Virus record (IMG/VR): IMGVR_UViG_3300025128_006668
Span: 61,402-125,401 of that record
Length of the DNA stretch: 64,000 nt
Origin: a virus
Reading direction: 5' to 3' (one strand)
Positions 18,584 through 29,362 of this stretch are shown one piece after another. Under the pieces are notes generated by a model that saw only the letters and a program-made list of their open reading frames with translations, was not told where the DNA came from and did not search any database. Position numbers and translations under genes: made by a program. Each line of letters starts with the position of its first letter. The stretch's first letter is position 1.

Positions 18584-19527
18584 CCAGCAGGAGGCTTTGG
18601 TGTTGCAATAACCCTCATACTTACATTGCCTGTACAGGGAGAAGTATCATCATCAACAGCTCCCCTACAGCAGTCACAGTGCCATAGCTCATTGTGAATT
18701 TCAAAGACAACCTTCCAGTTATCTGCATTTCCGGAACCGCACTCTGCTGATACCATTGGCCAAGTAAAAATATTATCTCCTTGAGGTGAACATTCGTTTG
18801 GAGGAATGTAATACTCAGAATAAGCGTCAATAACAGGGCATGTGCAGAAGTCGCCATCCTCCCAGTGTGCTCCGGGAGGTGGATTGTGCCTAGCAGACCA
18901 AGAGAACCTTAGCTGATATCGACAACCGTGACATTCATCACTGAAAGAAGCCGCTTGAGCTGCAGAACTATACAGATCGCAACAAGCCAGACTTATTAGT
19001 ATCTCTTCTCCGCTACCTCCAGCGCAGGTGCCAGTTATTCCGGCACTTCCGGGAGCGCATAAAGTAATAGGAGCATAACTTCCACCCCCATCAGGAGTAG
19101 CCCACTTTTCATGCGGCCACTCAAGAAGGCTTTTTCTGAAGTCTTGATGAACATTAACTGTAGCTGACGGGTCATCACAACCTATGGCTGTAGGATCATA
19201 GCAGGGCGTGCCCCCAACATTTTTTGTAGTCCCATATGGGGCGTTAGCGTTTTGCAGAGCTATACCAGCGGCTCTATCTAACTCTATAACTGTCCCATTA
19301 AGGTTCTGACAAGTACCGCCAAGGTCTTGGAAAGTAAGACAGATATTCCCAGTAGGAGGACACGGACAACAGTGCGCTGGACACGAGTTCAAGCCAACTG
19401 GCAATCCGGTTGAGCAAACTTGGCAACAATAGCAACAAGTATCGCCTGAGCCACTCGCATAAGGGCTGCCATATCCCGGCCCTATCTGTATTGTCTTCTT
19501 TGGAGTTCCAGTTCTATCTGCTGACAT
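18577..19527 (-). CDS. Cys-rich protein, possible tail-associated protein
   Basis: Very high Cys content (CCYCC, HCCPC, CDCC); lies next to the fibre gene. Confidence 0.55.
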   Translation of the reverse strand: MSADRTGTPKKTIQIGPGYGSPYASGSGDTCCYCCQVCSTGLPVGLNSCPAHCCPCPPTGNICLTFQDLGGTCQNLNGTVIELDRAAGIALQNANAPYGTTKNVGGTPCYDPTAIGCDDPSATVNVHQDFRKSLLEWPHEKWATPDGGGSYAPITLCAPGSAGITGTCAGGSGEEILISLACCDLYSSAAQAASFSDECHGCRYQLRFSWSARHNPPPGAHWEDGDFCTCPVIDAYSEYYIPPNECSPQGDNIFTWPMVSAECGSGNADNWKVVFEIHNELWHCDCCRGAVDDDTSPCTGNVSMRVIATPKPPAGC

Positions 19528-19597
19528 TTATAAATCCTATATAATCCTACATACTATACTTATATTATATACGCTATAAGCGACAAAAGGTTACAAA

Positions 19598-22500
19598 TTA
19601 ACCACATCCGGGATTAGCACAATCACAGAATCCACCATCATTAGTTATTCCTTTGAACAAGCCACAGTCACTGAAGTTTAGAGTGACATAGTTAATTGAC
19701 AGTTTATCACCCGTGCAGCATACATCTCTAACGACTGTTATTCCAGTTGAAGTTCCTCCAGCACAGAAAGGATCAAGCTCAATATCTATTCCACATGCGT
19801 CACCTGCAGTTGCAGTAGCCTTGATGCCACAACCAAAGTTGAAATCCTCTATAGGTCTAGAGAAGTTTCCTGAGCAGGCTGTTACGTTGAAATATGTTCC
19901 GATATTTTGCACGCAAGCATTTGTTCCATTTTTGACAAATGCTATACCCGGACCTGCACCTATCGTTCGTATATCTTGATTGACGCTGGGCGCTGACAAT
20001 GCAGTGAACGCACCGCATGCTAGCTTTCCGTTATACTCTAAAGGTATTGCATCTAAGAAATAATCACAGCTTCCTGATGCAGTAAACTTAACACCATTTC
20101 TAGCAAAAATATTCCTAAAATGATTATGCTGGGCATTAGTAGGAGAACTGGTTGGATCTCCGCAGCCGTCTTCACTAGGGACATTAGCAAGGCCCATGTA
20201 AATATCAACAGATGCGGTGCCATCAGCAGAAACCTCACCTATCCTTAAACCTGTCCTGAAATCAACGCAACTAACACCTTCGCATGATGTTATCGCTCCT
20301 GCAGGTGTACATGCCGCTGTGTCTTTAATTGGTGTGCATGAGTGAATTGTAAACTCACATGCTTTCGCAGCGTTAGCCGCACCTTCGTCAATGACGCTCA
20401 TGCCACTACCAAAGTTCAACTTGGAGAAGAACTTGTAATCAAAGTCATCGTCTGGACTGCAATAGCTAGCGGTAGACTTAATATAGTGATCAGCAGAAAT
20501 ACCGTACTCACATTTGCCACCAGCTATTTCATGAAGGCGAAGGCCTGTTCCGGCAACAAGTGTCCTGAAGTAAGTTCCTCCAAGACTGAGGTCTGCTGGT
20601 CTAGATACAGTAGGTGTCCATCCGCAATATGCCTCGTCTCTTATAAACCTTTCAGTGTGAATATTGTACTCGCAGTTACTGCCTCTTAGTATGAATCCAG
20701 TGCCGAGTGTAAGCTGATCGAAGTGAACAGGACCATCAACACTTCTGGTGTTGTTACAATGCTGGGTAGAGTCTATTAATCTTCTGGCATTAACTATTGT
20801 TGTCTTAAAATCTGGAGCAGCTCTATATATTCTTAATCCAGTTCCATAGGTTGTGCACTCAGTATCGCTACATGCATTTATAGGGGCCTCACTAGGAGTG
20901 CTCGGAGGCGTATATCCGCAGTATCCTGAGCCTCTAGTTTGATGGACTGAGCCACTTCCGCTTCCACCTGAACCACAGGCAAATATATGATACTCACAAT
21001 CTCCTCCGGTTACGCCTATACCCTCTCCAAAGAATAGGTGCGTGAATGGTTGCTTATTGATACTAGTGCTTGTATCCTCGCACGTTGTATCTGTAGATGT
21101 TATATACTGAGGTGCAGCTATCTCGTAATTACAATTGCCAAGATCTGTGACTGCAATACCCGTGCTAAACTTCAGATCCTTAAAGAACTTTTTACCAGCT
21201 ATAGAAGCTAGACCACAGTTGGCGCCATGACTAATAGTTCTGTCAGAGTCAATTGTGAACAAGCAGTCCGAGCCTTCAGATATGACAAGCCCAGAACCAA
21301 ATTCTAGCGTCTTAAAGAACTCAGCGTTGGTTTCGGTATAACAAGTAGCATCAGAGTGTTTAATCGAGTGATTAGCATCAATTCTATACGTGCAATTCGA
21401 TTCTGCTTTTAAGTTCAGACCAGAACCTAAATTCAATGTATTAAAGTGAGCTTCAGCAACCGCTGATTCACCGCATGTACTTGTCTTCTTAATCTTTCTA
21501 TATGCAGAGATATTAAATTCGCAGTTAGAGGCTGAATCAACCTTTATACCAGAACTAAAATTAAGTGTTCTAAACTGAGTCTCAGCAACCGCTGGCACAC
21601 CGCAATCAGCAGTTTTCTTAATCTTAAAGTCGGCATCTATAAAGTACGTGCAGTCTCCAGCATCTTGCACTCTGAGTCCGCTTCTTGCCTTCAATGTCTT
21701 AAAGAATGCGTCAGATATGGTAGTTGGCTGGTTACAAGAAGTAATATCGGTAATATAGTGATTTGCATTTACTCGGTACTGACAGTTACCCATATCCTGC
21801 AGATAAAGACCTGTACCAAAGTCCAGCCTATTAAAGAACTCGTATGAGCCTACTTTATGATTGCTCTGGCAAAGATTAGTATCTTTTACATAATGATCTG
21901 CTTCTATTGAAAAATCTTTACAGTCACCTTCCGTAAAAGCATTGAGCTTGAGCCCTTTATCAAAGGCTAGGTTTCTGAATAAATTTCTGCCGTTTACAGA
22001 AGGGTTATAGTTGCAATAACCAGAATCTTCAACGGTTACATTTAACCCTATAACAAAGTCGCAGTCCGAAGCATCAGAGACCTTAATACCACTTGTGAAC
22101 TTAAGATCTTGGAAGAATTTCTTATCTACTTCAACACCATCGGATTCGCAAGGATCTGCAGATATAGTCCTATCAGAATCTATGTTGAATGCACAAGTAC
22201 CCGTGCTGTCAATTGTAAGGCCGGAACGGAATATTAGCCTGTCAAATATAGAAGCGGCACTGCTGCCTCCTGCACAAACTCCAGAATCTTCTATCCACAT
22301 TGGAGATGTTATTTCAAAGTCACAAGCATTCTCATTTGCCTGAACAACCAGACCAGTGCTGAACTTAAGGTGTCTAAAGAACTTATCGCTTACCGTGTCT
22401 CCACTGCAATATGGTGCTGCGCTAATATTATGGTCTGCATGGAATGTATAATTACAATCTCCAGTATTTTTCAGATAAAGACCTGTTCCCGCAACGATAG

Positions 22501-25500
22501 TCCTAAAGAAGTTTTCATTAGGATAACTCGAAGTCCTTCCACAATAGTCATCTCCTCTGACAAATCTTTCTGCACTTATTTCATAACCGCAATCAGATCC
22601 ACCACTCTCAACTATAAGCCCACTCTTAAACGACAAATCAGTGAACACCGCATTAGTTACTAAATCCCTTCCGGGAGGACAAGGATGAAGGTCTGATATT
22701 TTGAAGTCTGCATCTATTGATGCTACACAGTCTTCCAACTCAAGCTTAAGACCTGTACCTACGACAATATCATCAAAGAAAGAAAACTCTCCCGTGCCAT
22801 CATCGCCACATGGAGACGACGCTATCTCGTGCTGGGCATCAATCGTGAAGACGCAGCCATCTCCACTCACAGATAGACCAGAACCAAATTTTAGCTCAGT
22901 AAAGAACTCGTTAGATACAAGGTCGCCGTTTCCGGTATTGGTGCAGTATCCCTCATCTGACACAGTATGGTCAGCATGAATTGTCGGATTGCAACTATCT
23001 GATCCTGAGGCTGTGCCGACGTATAACCCACTTCCAAAAGTCAGACATTCAAAAACATGACAGTCGGAAGACCCCGTCCCGTTACCTACTCCGCAATACC
23101 CCTCGCTAGCAACTTTATAAGGTCTGGCGTGAACAGATATAGACTGAGTGCAAGACTCCCCTGTCTCTCCTGTATATACATTAAGACCCGAGCCAAAGTC
23201 TATATGAGTGTACTTAACACTCGGAACCCCTGCTCCCTCTCCGGCTTTTATCTCCGCATAGCCAAGCTGATCTTCGGCAACCGCATCATCACATTGACCG
23301 CCAGTTAGACTACTAGCTGTGCTTATAACAGAAACTCGCGCGACTCCACAGTCACCACCGCCCTCTTCAGAGGCGCCACCCGCAAGACCAAACCCAAACT
23401 CTATAGACTGGGCTGCAGATGAGCCTTCACCAGAGCATACGGTAATATCTATACCTGCCAAGGTTGATATATTGAATTCAGTTTCACAATCAGTCTCTGA
23501 TATAGTGAAACCTGTACCAAAAGTTAAATGAGTATATGGGAAACATATATCTGTATCTATCAGTCCGCTTTCAAATTCCTCTCTTTCAGCTCCAGTCAGT
23601 CCTGTCGGTATACAAGGTTCCACAGAAGAAGACAAGGTTAGGTCGCTATTAATCCTGAGCGCAAACATAAAATCGCCAGTATTTGTACCTGTCTGACACA
23701 TGGTTCCGCTTTTTATGTCGTCCGACGCAGGAAAGCCATCTTTAGGTATCTTATAAATCTCAGCAAAGACACCAGTTCCAGCTACTAAAGGAGTCTTCAA
23801 GTCCCAGCCAGTAATAGGCGATAAAGCACTTATTGTGTTTAAATCTATAATCCCAGTATCTGAACAGGCTCCAGATTGATTGCCAGTTGCACACTGATGC
23901 CAATTCAAGACATCTACACAGAATGAAGGAGCACCTGCCGTGATAGGGTGATAAGCGCACTCTTCACTGTCCCAATAAGCTAAGACACTAGTGCCAGACT
24001 CTAGTGTTCCAGCGCCTGCAAGAGTATTACTGATCTTTATATTGTATCCAGTCGTAGGATGAATAAGTCCGCCCTCTGAGTCATAGGCTGGTCTAGGGTT
24101 ACTGATACGAGCATCTCCGGTCATGCCTCCTTCAATCACTCCAGTCCCAATTTCAGCGTGAATTATTCTAAAGCTATTTGGAACTGTCCATACTGCCCTT
24201 TCTCTGTCATACCTTAGATCTAAAGGCGCTACAGGCCAAGTCTTGGGCTGACGTAGCCACTTATCTAAAAACTTATCCTTCAGTCCAGCAGTTGTAAAAT
24301 TCCCCGCTTCGGCATTGCTAACAACATCCGCCTTATTAGGTACTGGTTTTCCTTCTAGGTCATATCCCCATCCTTGAATAAGTAAAGGACCTCTGGTTGC
24401 AATAGCTCTAAGGTCTTGGGGATAGTTTCCAGTTCTGAGATTATGCATGTAGGTGTCTGGACTGTCTGCTCCAGAGCCGTGATTTAATCTCCTTACATTA
24501 TTATTACCATAGCCAGTGTGGTTAGGGTCATCTGAATGCTTACTATTATGATAAGTATAATAAGGATCTAGATAATCTATATTAATAGCGGGAGGGGTCC
24601 AGTCAAGGATAGGTGGGTTTACTTGTCTAGTGTTAGATCTATAAGCCAGAGGCATTGGCGACTCGCCAGTAGGGCATGCCTCCCCGTTTTTACTAGCATA
24701 GCGAGCAAGATGACTATTATTGGGTGCTGTGCCTGATTTACTTATGGGTAAATACAGAGCGTCCCAACTGACGAAAGAACCACTGTCATCAGGAGGTGTA
24801 TTCTTATACGTGTTACTGGATGGTGTGCTAGCATCTACAACCGGATCTTCTGAATGCGCAGCTACCCACTCGGGCTTTGCATTGGTTTGAGTCATAGCTA
24901 GAAGCTGACCGCCAGCATTTTCTACATTCTTTGCATCCTCAAGGGCCTTAACACTTCCTTTAAGACCTTTAATCTGTTTATCATGTTCAGCAAATTTCTT
25001 ATTCTGTTGATCCCTAAGCCTCTGGTCTCTAAGCATCGCTTGACGAGCTTTAGCAATTCTAGCAAGCCTATTGGCATTGTACTTAGCAAACTTACCGAAC
25101 GTTGGTGCAAACGTATTGCACTGAATCGTTGTTGTTACTCCACCAACACCAATGTTTGCGGAAATATTAGTGATACTGGGCCCAAGTGTACCAGCCCAAG
25201 CTTCTGTATCGTAAAAGAAGTATGGGATGGCTATACCGCCTACTACGAGACTAGCCTGCTGAAGGCTAAATGTATTGAAACTTTCTAAGTCAGCATTAAG
25301 CTCTTGCCCTAATCTCTTCTTTGGGTATCCGGGCATAGTAAATGTACCCTTTTCGCCCTCTTGCATAAACGTAGCGCCATCTGCGGCTAACGTAAATCCT
25401 GCTTGCTGCATCTGTGAATAGCTATCATGTGTCCAAGGATTGAGAGAGGAGTCTTCTCTAAAAGACACCTGACCGGGAGGACCTTGAGCAAACCAAGGAC

Positions 25501-27739
25501 CATACCTATCGGTATTACTCTTCATCGGAAGAGCTACGCCACTAGGAACAAGCCTGTCAGGAGCTTCTGCCTTCGCATAGTCGCCTCTGATACCTTGCTT
25601 GTCACCATCTACCTTCTTCTTAAGGTTCGATATCTTCTCATCGTTCCAATCAGCTGGAGCAAACCCGTGCTTCTCTATAGTAAACAGACCTTTAACGGCC
25701 TTGTCTATATCATCACTTTTTGGCTCAACAGGATTGCTTATCTTGATAACAGCTGCAGCTTTGCCGTTATATTGATATACTTTTTCGTCTGGTGTTGCCG
25801 GAATGTATAGATTGTCATCAAAGACTATTACGCTGTCGGATTGCTCTGCATAAACTCCCGTTCCACTTGCGTCATAGCGTACAAAGCATTGAACTTTTCC
25901 GTCATCGCTCCTGAAGGTTTCGAGCTCAGGATTAGCTGCTGTTGGCTTCCATGTAAGACCCAATACATCAGTTCTTAGGCCAACTCCTTTATTAGTGCTA
26001 GGCCATCCTCCATCTGCTGTAGGATTATCAGAGTAATATACCTTTCCTGTATCTGCATCTGTATAGTAACAAACAAAGGGTAAACGAACAAGGAACTGCT
26101 TGCCCCAATGCTCATCGGCAAATTTAGATACAAAAGCATGTATCTTCTTCATATCCTCAGACTGCGCCTCTGTTAATTTCTGCAAATCGTTCTTGACGAT
26201 CTTGGCAATCCCTTGGTCTTGACCGCCCTCTGGTGGATTCTTAGCATTAGCAAAAGGATTATTAGCTACGGGACCATCTTCGTCCTTGAATATAAGAGCA
26301 TATGCACCAGCTATGAGCTGACCCATAGGAGTCATATTGCCTTCATCCCAAGCGAATATTAAACTTTTCCAAGTATCAAAAGAACCTAATGCAGCCTTTA
26401 TTTCATCTTCATATATGTATACTTGATCTGCCGGTAGCCCATTTTTTAGTCCCAAGTTTAAAGGTCTTAGATCAAGCTGGACTTTCCATTGTTCACCATA
26501 TCCATCTATATCTCCATATACAGCATTAATGAAATTACCATTGGAGTCAAAACCCCAGTGCTGTATTATATCTGTACCTGCAACAGGGTTAGCGGCATCT
26601 TCTTCATATATTGTTTGTATTGGAGAGCCATAGGTAAAGGTTTGAGTAGTCTCATTTCTAAGCTCTCTACCTATATTTTTTGATACTATATCTTCTTGGG
26701 CTTCTATAAAGACTTCTATTTCACCTAGAGTAGGCTGTGTCTTTCTTTTTGCAGTCCTAACCTTAATAACAGTATTCATAGAGCCATCTACTATAAGCTC
26801 TATATAATAGTCACATCCAGTGAGGTCACAGATAGTCTGTATGAAGTTCATCAACGTGTCACTTGGACCGGGGAATCTGAACTCTTGATTGTACAGGTCA
26901 GGCAGATCAGTTATATCTACCATGTAGCTTCTTGTGTAACCATTTCCTCCATAATCACCTATTATAGGGGCGGAGAATCCATTAGAAGGAATCATTCCCA
27001 TCCCTTTGTTACCCTTGGTGGAATCATGCCCTTTATAAATTACTGCACCATAAGGAGAGAATTTAGGATGACTGTTACCAGTCAATAAGCTCTGCGTAGC
27101 TATTTTTAGCCTATCATATCTAGTTCCCGCATCATTTGTCTGAGCTCCACCAAAGCCTCCAGCCGGTGATCCAAAAGATGCTCCATTTATCTGCTGCTGA
27201 GCGCAAGCTATACCTAAAGACTCTAGATAACCATAAGGATTAATAAGATTATAGAGACTTTCTACATTGTCTGCATAATTAGAGACAATCATAGTTAGGT
27301 TTTCAAGCAGAAGCCTCGGATCTGCTATAGTGACAGTGAAGGTAGGATTACTACTAGTAGAGTTGGTTTTTTCCCAGTTTTGAACTAAGCCAGCAAATTC
27401 AAAATCACCTAGTCTGAAATATACTGGAGCACCAATATCTGGATAGAAGAATCCGGGATCTTTTGATCGTGTACTCCCTTTATGACCCGGCCTGTCGTAG
27501 AATACCTTTGATGGGGCATCTATGGGAACATCGCAGTTATCTTCAACTAATTTTACCGTTATTGTGCTCTGTTGGTCATTCCAGCCATGAGACATGGTAA
27601 CATCTTGAATGCTACATCCCAAGAACATAGTCTGCTCAAAAGGTCCAACCTTAGTAGCTGGCCCACAGACTCTAGGCTGTTTAGTGCTTAGATCTTCTCC
27701 GTCAAAAGACGTGAAGGTACTCGGAAAGTGAAAAACCAT
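19598..27739 (-). CDS. giant tail tip/central fibre protein with C-terminal Cys-containing repeats
   Basis: 2713 aa, two genes downstream of the tape measure; ~25 repeats of F..L.F.(S/T)G(L/I).V....C...I. Confidence 0.75.
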   Translation of the reverse strand: MVFHFPSTFTSFDGEDLSTKQPRVCGPATKVGPFEQTMFLGCSIQDVTMSHGWNDQQSTITVKLVEDNCDVPIDAPSKVFYDRPGHKGSTRSKDPGFFYPDIGAPVYFRLGDFEFAGLVQNWEKTNSTSSNPTFTVTIADPRLLLENLTMIVSNYADNVESLYNLINPYGYLESLGIACAQQQINGASFGSPAGGFGGAQTNDAGTRYDRLKIATQSLLTGNSHPKFSPYGAVIYKGHDSTKGNKGMGMIPSNGFSAPIIGDYGGNGYTRSYMVDITDLPDLYNQEFRFPGPSDTLMNFIQTICDLTGCDYYIELIVDGSMNTVIKVRTAKRKTQPTLGEIEVFIEAQEDIVSKNIGRELRNETTQTFTYGSPIQTIYEEDAANPVAGTDIIQHWGFDSNGNFINAVYGDIDGYGEQWKVQLDLRPLNLGLKNGLPADQVYIYEDEIKAALGSFDTWKSLIFAWDEGNMTPMGQLIAGAYALIFKDEDGPVANNPFANAKNPPEGGQDQGIAKIVKNDLQKLTEAQSEDMKKIHAFVSKFADEHWGKQFLVRLPFVCYYTDADTGKVYYSDNPTADGGWPSTNKGVGLRTDVLGLTWKPTAANPELETFRSDDGKVQCFVRYDASGTGVYAEQSDSVIVFDDNLYIPATPDEKVYQYNGKAAAVIKISNPVEPKSDDIDKAVKGLFTIEKHGFAPADWNDEKISNLKKKVDGDKQGIRGDYAKAEAPDRLVPSGVALPMKSNTDRYGPWFAQGPPGQVSFREDSSLNPWTHDSYSQMQQAGFTLAADGATFMQEGEKGTFTMPGYPKKRLGQELNADLESFNTFSLQQASLVVGGIAIPYFFYDTEAWAGTLGPSITNISANIGVGGVTTTIQCNTFAPTFGKFAKYNANRLARIAKARQAMLRDQRLRDQQNKKFAEHDKQIKGLKGSVKALEDAKNVENAGGQLLAMTQTNAKPEWVAAHSEDPVVDASTPSSNTYKNTPPDDSGSFVSWDALYLPISKSGTAPNNSHLARYASKNGEACPTGESPMPLAYRSNTRQVNPPILDWTPPAINIDYLDPYYTYHNSKHSDDPNHTGYGNNNVRRLNHGSGADSPDTYMHNLRTGNYPQDLRAIATRGPLLIQGWGYDLEGKPVPNKADVVSNAEAGNFTTAGLKDKFLDKWLRQPKTWPVAPLDLRYDRERAVWTVPNSFRIIHAEIGTGVIEGGMTGDARISNPRPAYDSEGGLIHPTTGYNIKISNTLAGAGTLESGTSVLAYWDSEECAYHPITAGAPSFCVDVLNWHQCATGNQSGACSDTGIIDLNTISALSPITGWDLKTPLVAGTGVFAEIYKIPKDGFPASDDIKSGTMCQTGTNTGDFMFALRINSDLTLSSSVEPCIPTGLTGAEREEFESGLIDTDICFPYTHLTFGTGFTISETDCETEFNISTLAGIDITVCSGEGSSAAQSIEFGFGLAGGASEEGGGDCGVARVSVISTASSLTGGQCDDAVAEDQLGYAEIKAGEGAGVPSVKYTHIDFGSGLNVYTGETGESCTQSISVHARPYKVASEGYCGVGNGTGSSDCHVFECLTFGSGLYVGTASGSDSCNPTIHADHTVSDEGYCTNTGNGDLVSNEFFTELKFGSGLSVSGDGCVFTIDAQHEIASSPCGDDGTGEFSFFDDIVVGTGLKLELEDCVASIDADFKISDLHPCPPGRDLVTNAVFTDLSFKSGLIVESGGSDCGYEISAERFVRGDDYCGRTSSYPNENFFRTIVAGTGLYLKNTGDCNYTFHADHNISAAPYCSGDTVSDKFFRHLKFSTGLVVQANENACDFEITSPMWIEDSGVCAGGSSAASIFDRLIFRSGLTIDSTGTCAFNIDSDRTISADPCESDGVEVDKKFFQDLKFTSGIKVSDASDCDFVIGLNVTVEDSGYCNYNPSVNGRNLFRNLAFDKGLKLNAFTEGDCKDFSIEADHYVKDTNLCQSNHKVGSYEFFNRLDFGTGLYLQDMGNCQYRVNANHYITDITSCNQPTTISDAFFKTLKARSGLRVQDAGDCTYFIDADFKIKKTADCGVPAVAETQFRTLNFSSGIKVDSASNCEFNISAYRKIKKTSTCGESAVAEAHFNTLNLGSGLNLKAESNCTYRIDANHSIKHSDATCYTETNAEFFKTLEFGSGLVISEGSDCLFTIDSDRTISHGANCGLASIAGKKFFKDLKFSTGIAVTDLGNCNYEIAAPQYITSTDTTCEDTSTSINKQPFTHLFFGEGIGVTGGDCEYHIFACGSGGSGSGSVHQTRGSGYCGYTPPSTPSEAPINACSDTECTTYGTGLRIYRAAPDFKTTIVNARRLIDSTQHCNNTRSVDGPVHFDQLTLGTGFILRGSNCEYNIHTERFIRDEAYCGWTPTVSRPADLSLGGTYFRTLVAGTGLRLHEIAGGKCEYGISADHYIKSTASYCSPDDDFDYKFFSKLNFGSGMSVIDEGAANAAKACEFTIHSCTPIKDTAACTPAGAITSCEGVSCVDFRTGLRIGEVSADGTASVDIYMGLANVPSEDGCGDPTSSPTNAQHNHFRNIFARNGVKFTASGSCDYFLDAIPLEYNGKLACGAFTALSAPSVNQDIRTIGAGPGIAFVKNGTNACVQNIGTYFNVTACSGNFSRPIEDFNFGCGIKATATAGDACGIDIELDPFCAGGTSTGITVVRDVCCTGDKLSINYVTLNFSDCGLFKGITNDGGFCDCANPGCG

Positions 27740-27751
27740 TGATTATTCCTA

Positions 27752-29350
27752 TTATGGGCAGGGTGTATATATCCATGAGACAGACCGCGTATATCTTCCT
27801 GTCTTTGGATCAAAACTTTCTGCATCTGCAGTTCTAAATGTAGAGTTAGTTGACGCTATATCGTCCTGTGTCTGAGTAATCAGCGCGTCATAGGAAGCTA
27901 TGGGGGCACCACCAAACCAACCCGGAGAAGTAGTATCAGGCGGTCTAATAACAGCCTCTATATTCAAGTCTGCTGAATATGCCGTCTGTGTTCCTATGTC
28001 TTGCAATATTGGTCCTGCTGCTCTTCCTAGTATTTGTAATTCTGCATAAACATCTACTGGATTGTTCCTAGAGATACTTATTGACTCTGATAATATATCA
28101 GTTCCTGTCGCGACACCGTGAGGCCTATCATTGTATGATACGCTAAAGCTTATACTTCCCTCTGCTATATTATAGCTATAAGACGTGCTAATCGGTTGCT
28201 GATGTAACCCCGGAAAATTGCCTCTTGAAGGAGAAAGTTCCTGTTCTTTTATAGTCGCAGGATAAATACCGCTGGAACATTCGTTATTTGCATCGCCATA
28301 TACGCAGTTAGCAATATTGTATATAGGGCCAGATACAGCTCCTCCTGCCATCATGAGCTCTGACTTGAAAAAGTTCTTAGCTGAGTTAAACTTGAAACTA
28401 GTAGCATCATAGTTACCTCCGGGATTTACACCACTTGCCAAGGGCAACGCTGCAATACCTCTTACTTCTCCGTTCACAGTAACACCTATGTTACCATCAT
28501 CTATGCCACCATTAGCCTCTGCGGATATAGTTAATGTTGCAGGAATACTCTTGGGGCCCTCAAACACTACAAACTCTCGATCTACCGAAACATTTCCTTG
28601 TTCTTGATCTACCGTAACATTAGTACCTTGAAGAAAATAAGATCCATCGCTTAGTATCCCAACTCCCATAGAAGGCGGTGCCGCAAGCGCAGAGGTAATA
28701 TAATTTACAGCCCTATCAATAGCCGCTGTGCTACCACTTGACTCTGCAGATGGTTCTCCTGATATTCCACTAGCGCTTGTTGATGGATTGCATGCGTCGC
28801 CTCCTACTCTATAGTCTAGACCTCTTGCACTTATATTTTCAGTAACAGTATAAGAGGCCGGCTCATAAAAACCGCAGTATGTCCAAGCGTCTGTGTTCTT
28901 AGTCTGAGAAACGGTATGAGTTAACTCTGCGAGCTGACTAGAAGCCGAACCAGTTATGGCGTCACTATTTAAGTCTGAATCATCTAGGAATCCCAGCGGG
29001 AAGAATAACTCGATAGTGTATGGCATTGTCTGGACATTGTTATCACTACTTTCTCCAAAAGTGAAGGATTCGACCAAAGGGCTTCCGGTGATAAAAATTT
29101 CGTTGCAAAGCATTAGCCCAAAGGGACAATAATCCCTCTCAAGTGCCGATTCCAGTGATGCTCTTTGCTGAAACACCCCCAAAGCTCCATCCGTAAGACC
29201 TGATCCGGGGAAGATAAGTCCGTCAAGAGTAACTCTTTTGCCATCACTCAGCGTTCTTCGAGCTGTCCTGACTATTTCAGAACTAATATCTATCATTGGT
29301 ATGGGGTCAAATTCATAAGCCCCATAAGCCATATAATTTCCACTTGCCAT
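27752..29350 (-). CDS. tail protein (distal tail/hub-like)
   Basis: Position directly after the tape measure; beta-rich composition. Confidence 0.55.
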   Translation of the reverse strand: MASGNYMAYGAYEFDPIPMIDISSEIVRTARRTLSDGKRVTLDGLIFPGSGLTDGALGVFQQRASLESALERDYCPFGLMLCNEIFITGSPLVESFTFGESSDNNVQTMPYTIELFFPLGFLDDSDLNSDAITGSASSQLAELTHTVSQTKNTDAWTYCGFYEPASYTVTENISARGLDYRVGGDACNPSTSASGISGEPSAESSGSTAAIDRAVNYITSALAAPPSMGVGILSDGSYFLQGTNVTVDQEQGNVSVDREFVVFEGPKSIPATLTISAEANGGIDDGNIGVTVNGEVRGIAALPLASGVNPGGNYDATSFKFNSAKNFFKSELMMAGGAVSGPIYNIANCVYGDANNECSSGIYPATIKEQELSPSRGNFPGLHQQPISTSYSYNIAEGSISFSVSYNDRPHGVATGTDILSESISISRNNPVDVYAELQILGRAAGPILQDIGTQTAYSADLNIEAVIRPPDTTSPGWFGGAPIASYDALITQTQDDIASTNSTFRTADAESFDPKTGRYTRSVSWIYTPCP

Positions 29351-29362
29351 ATTACATTCCTA

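Noticed and set aside
19598-23560. Diversity-generating retroelement acting on the fibre
   Set aside because: No reverse transcriptase and no near-identical TR/VR nucleotide pair; the repeats are diverged at DNA level.
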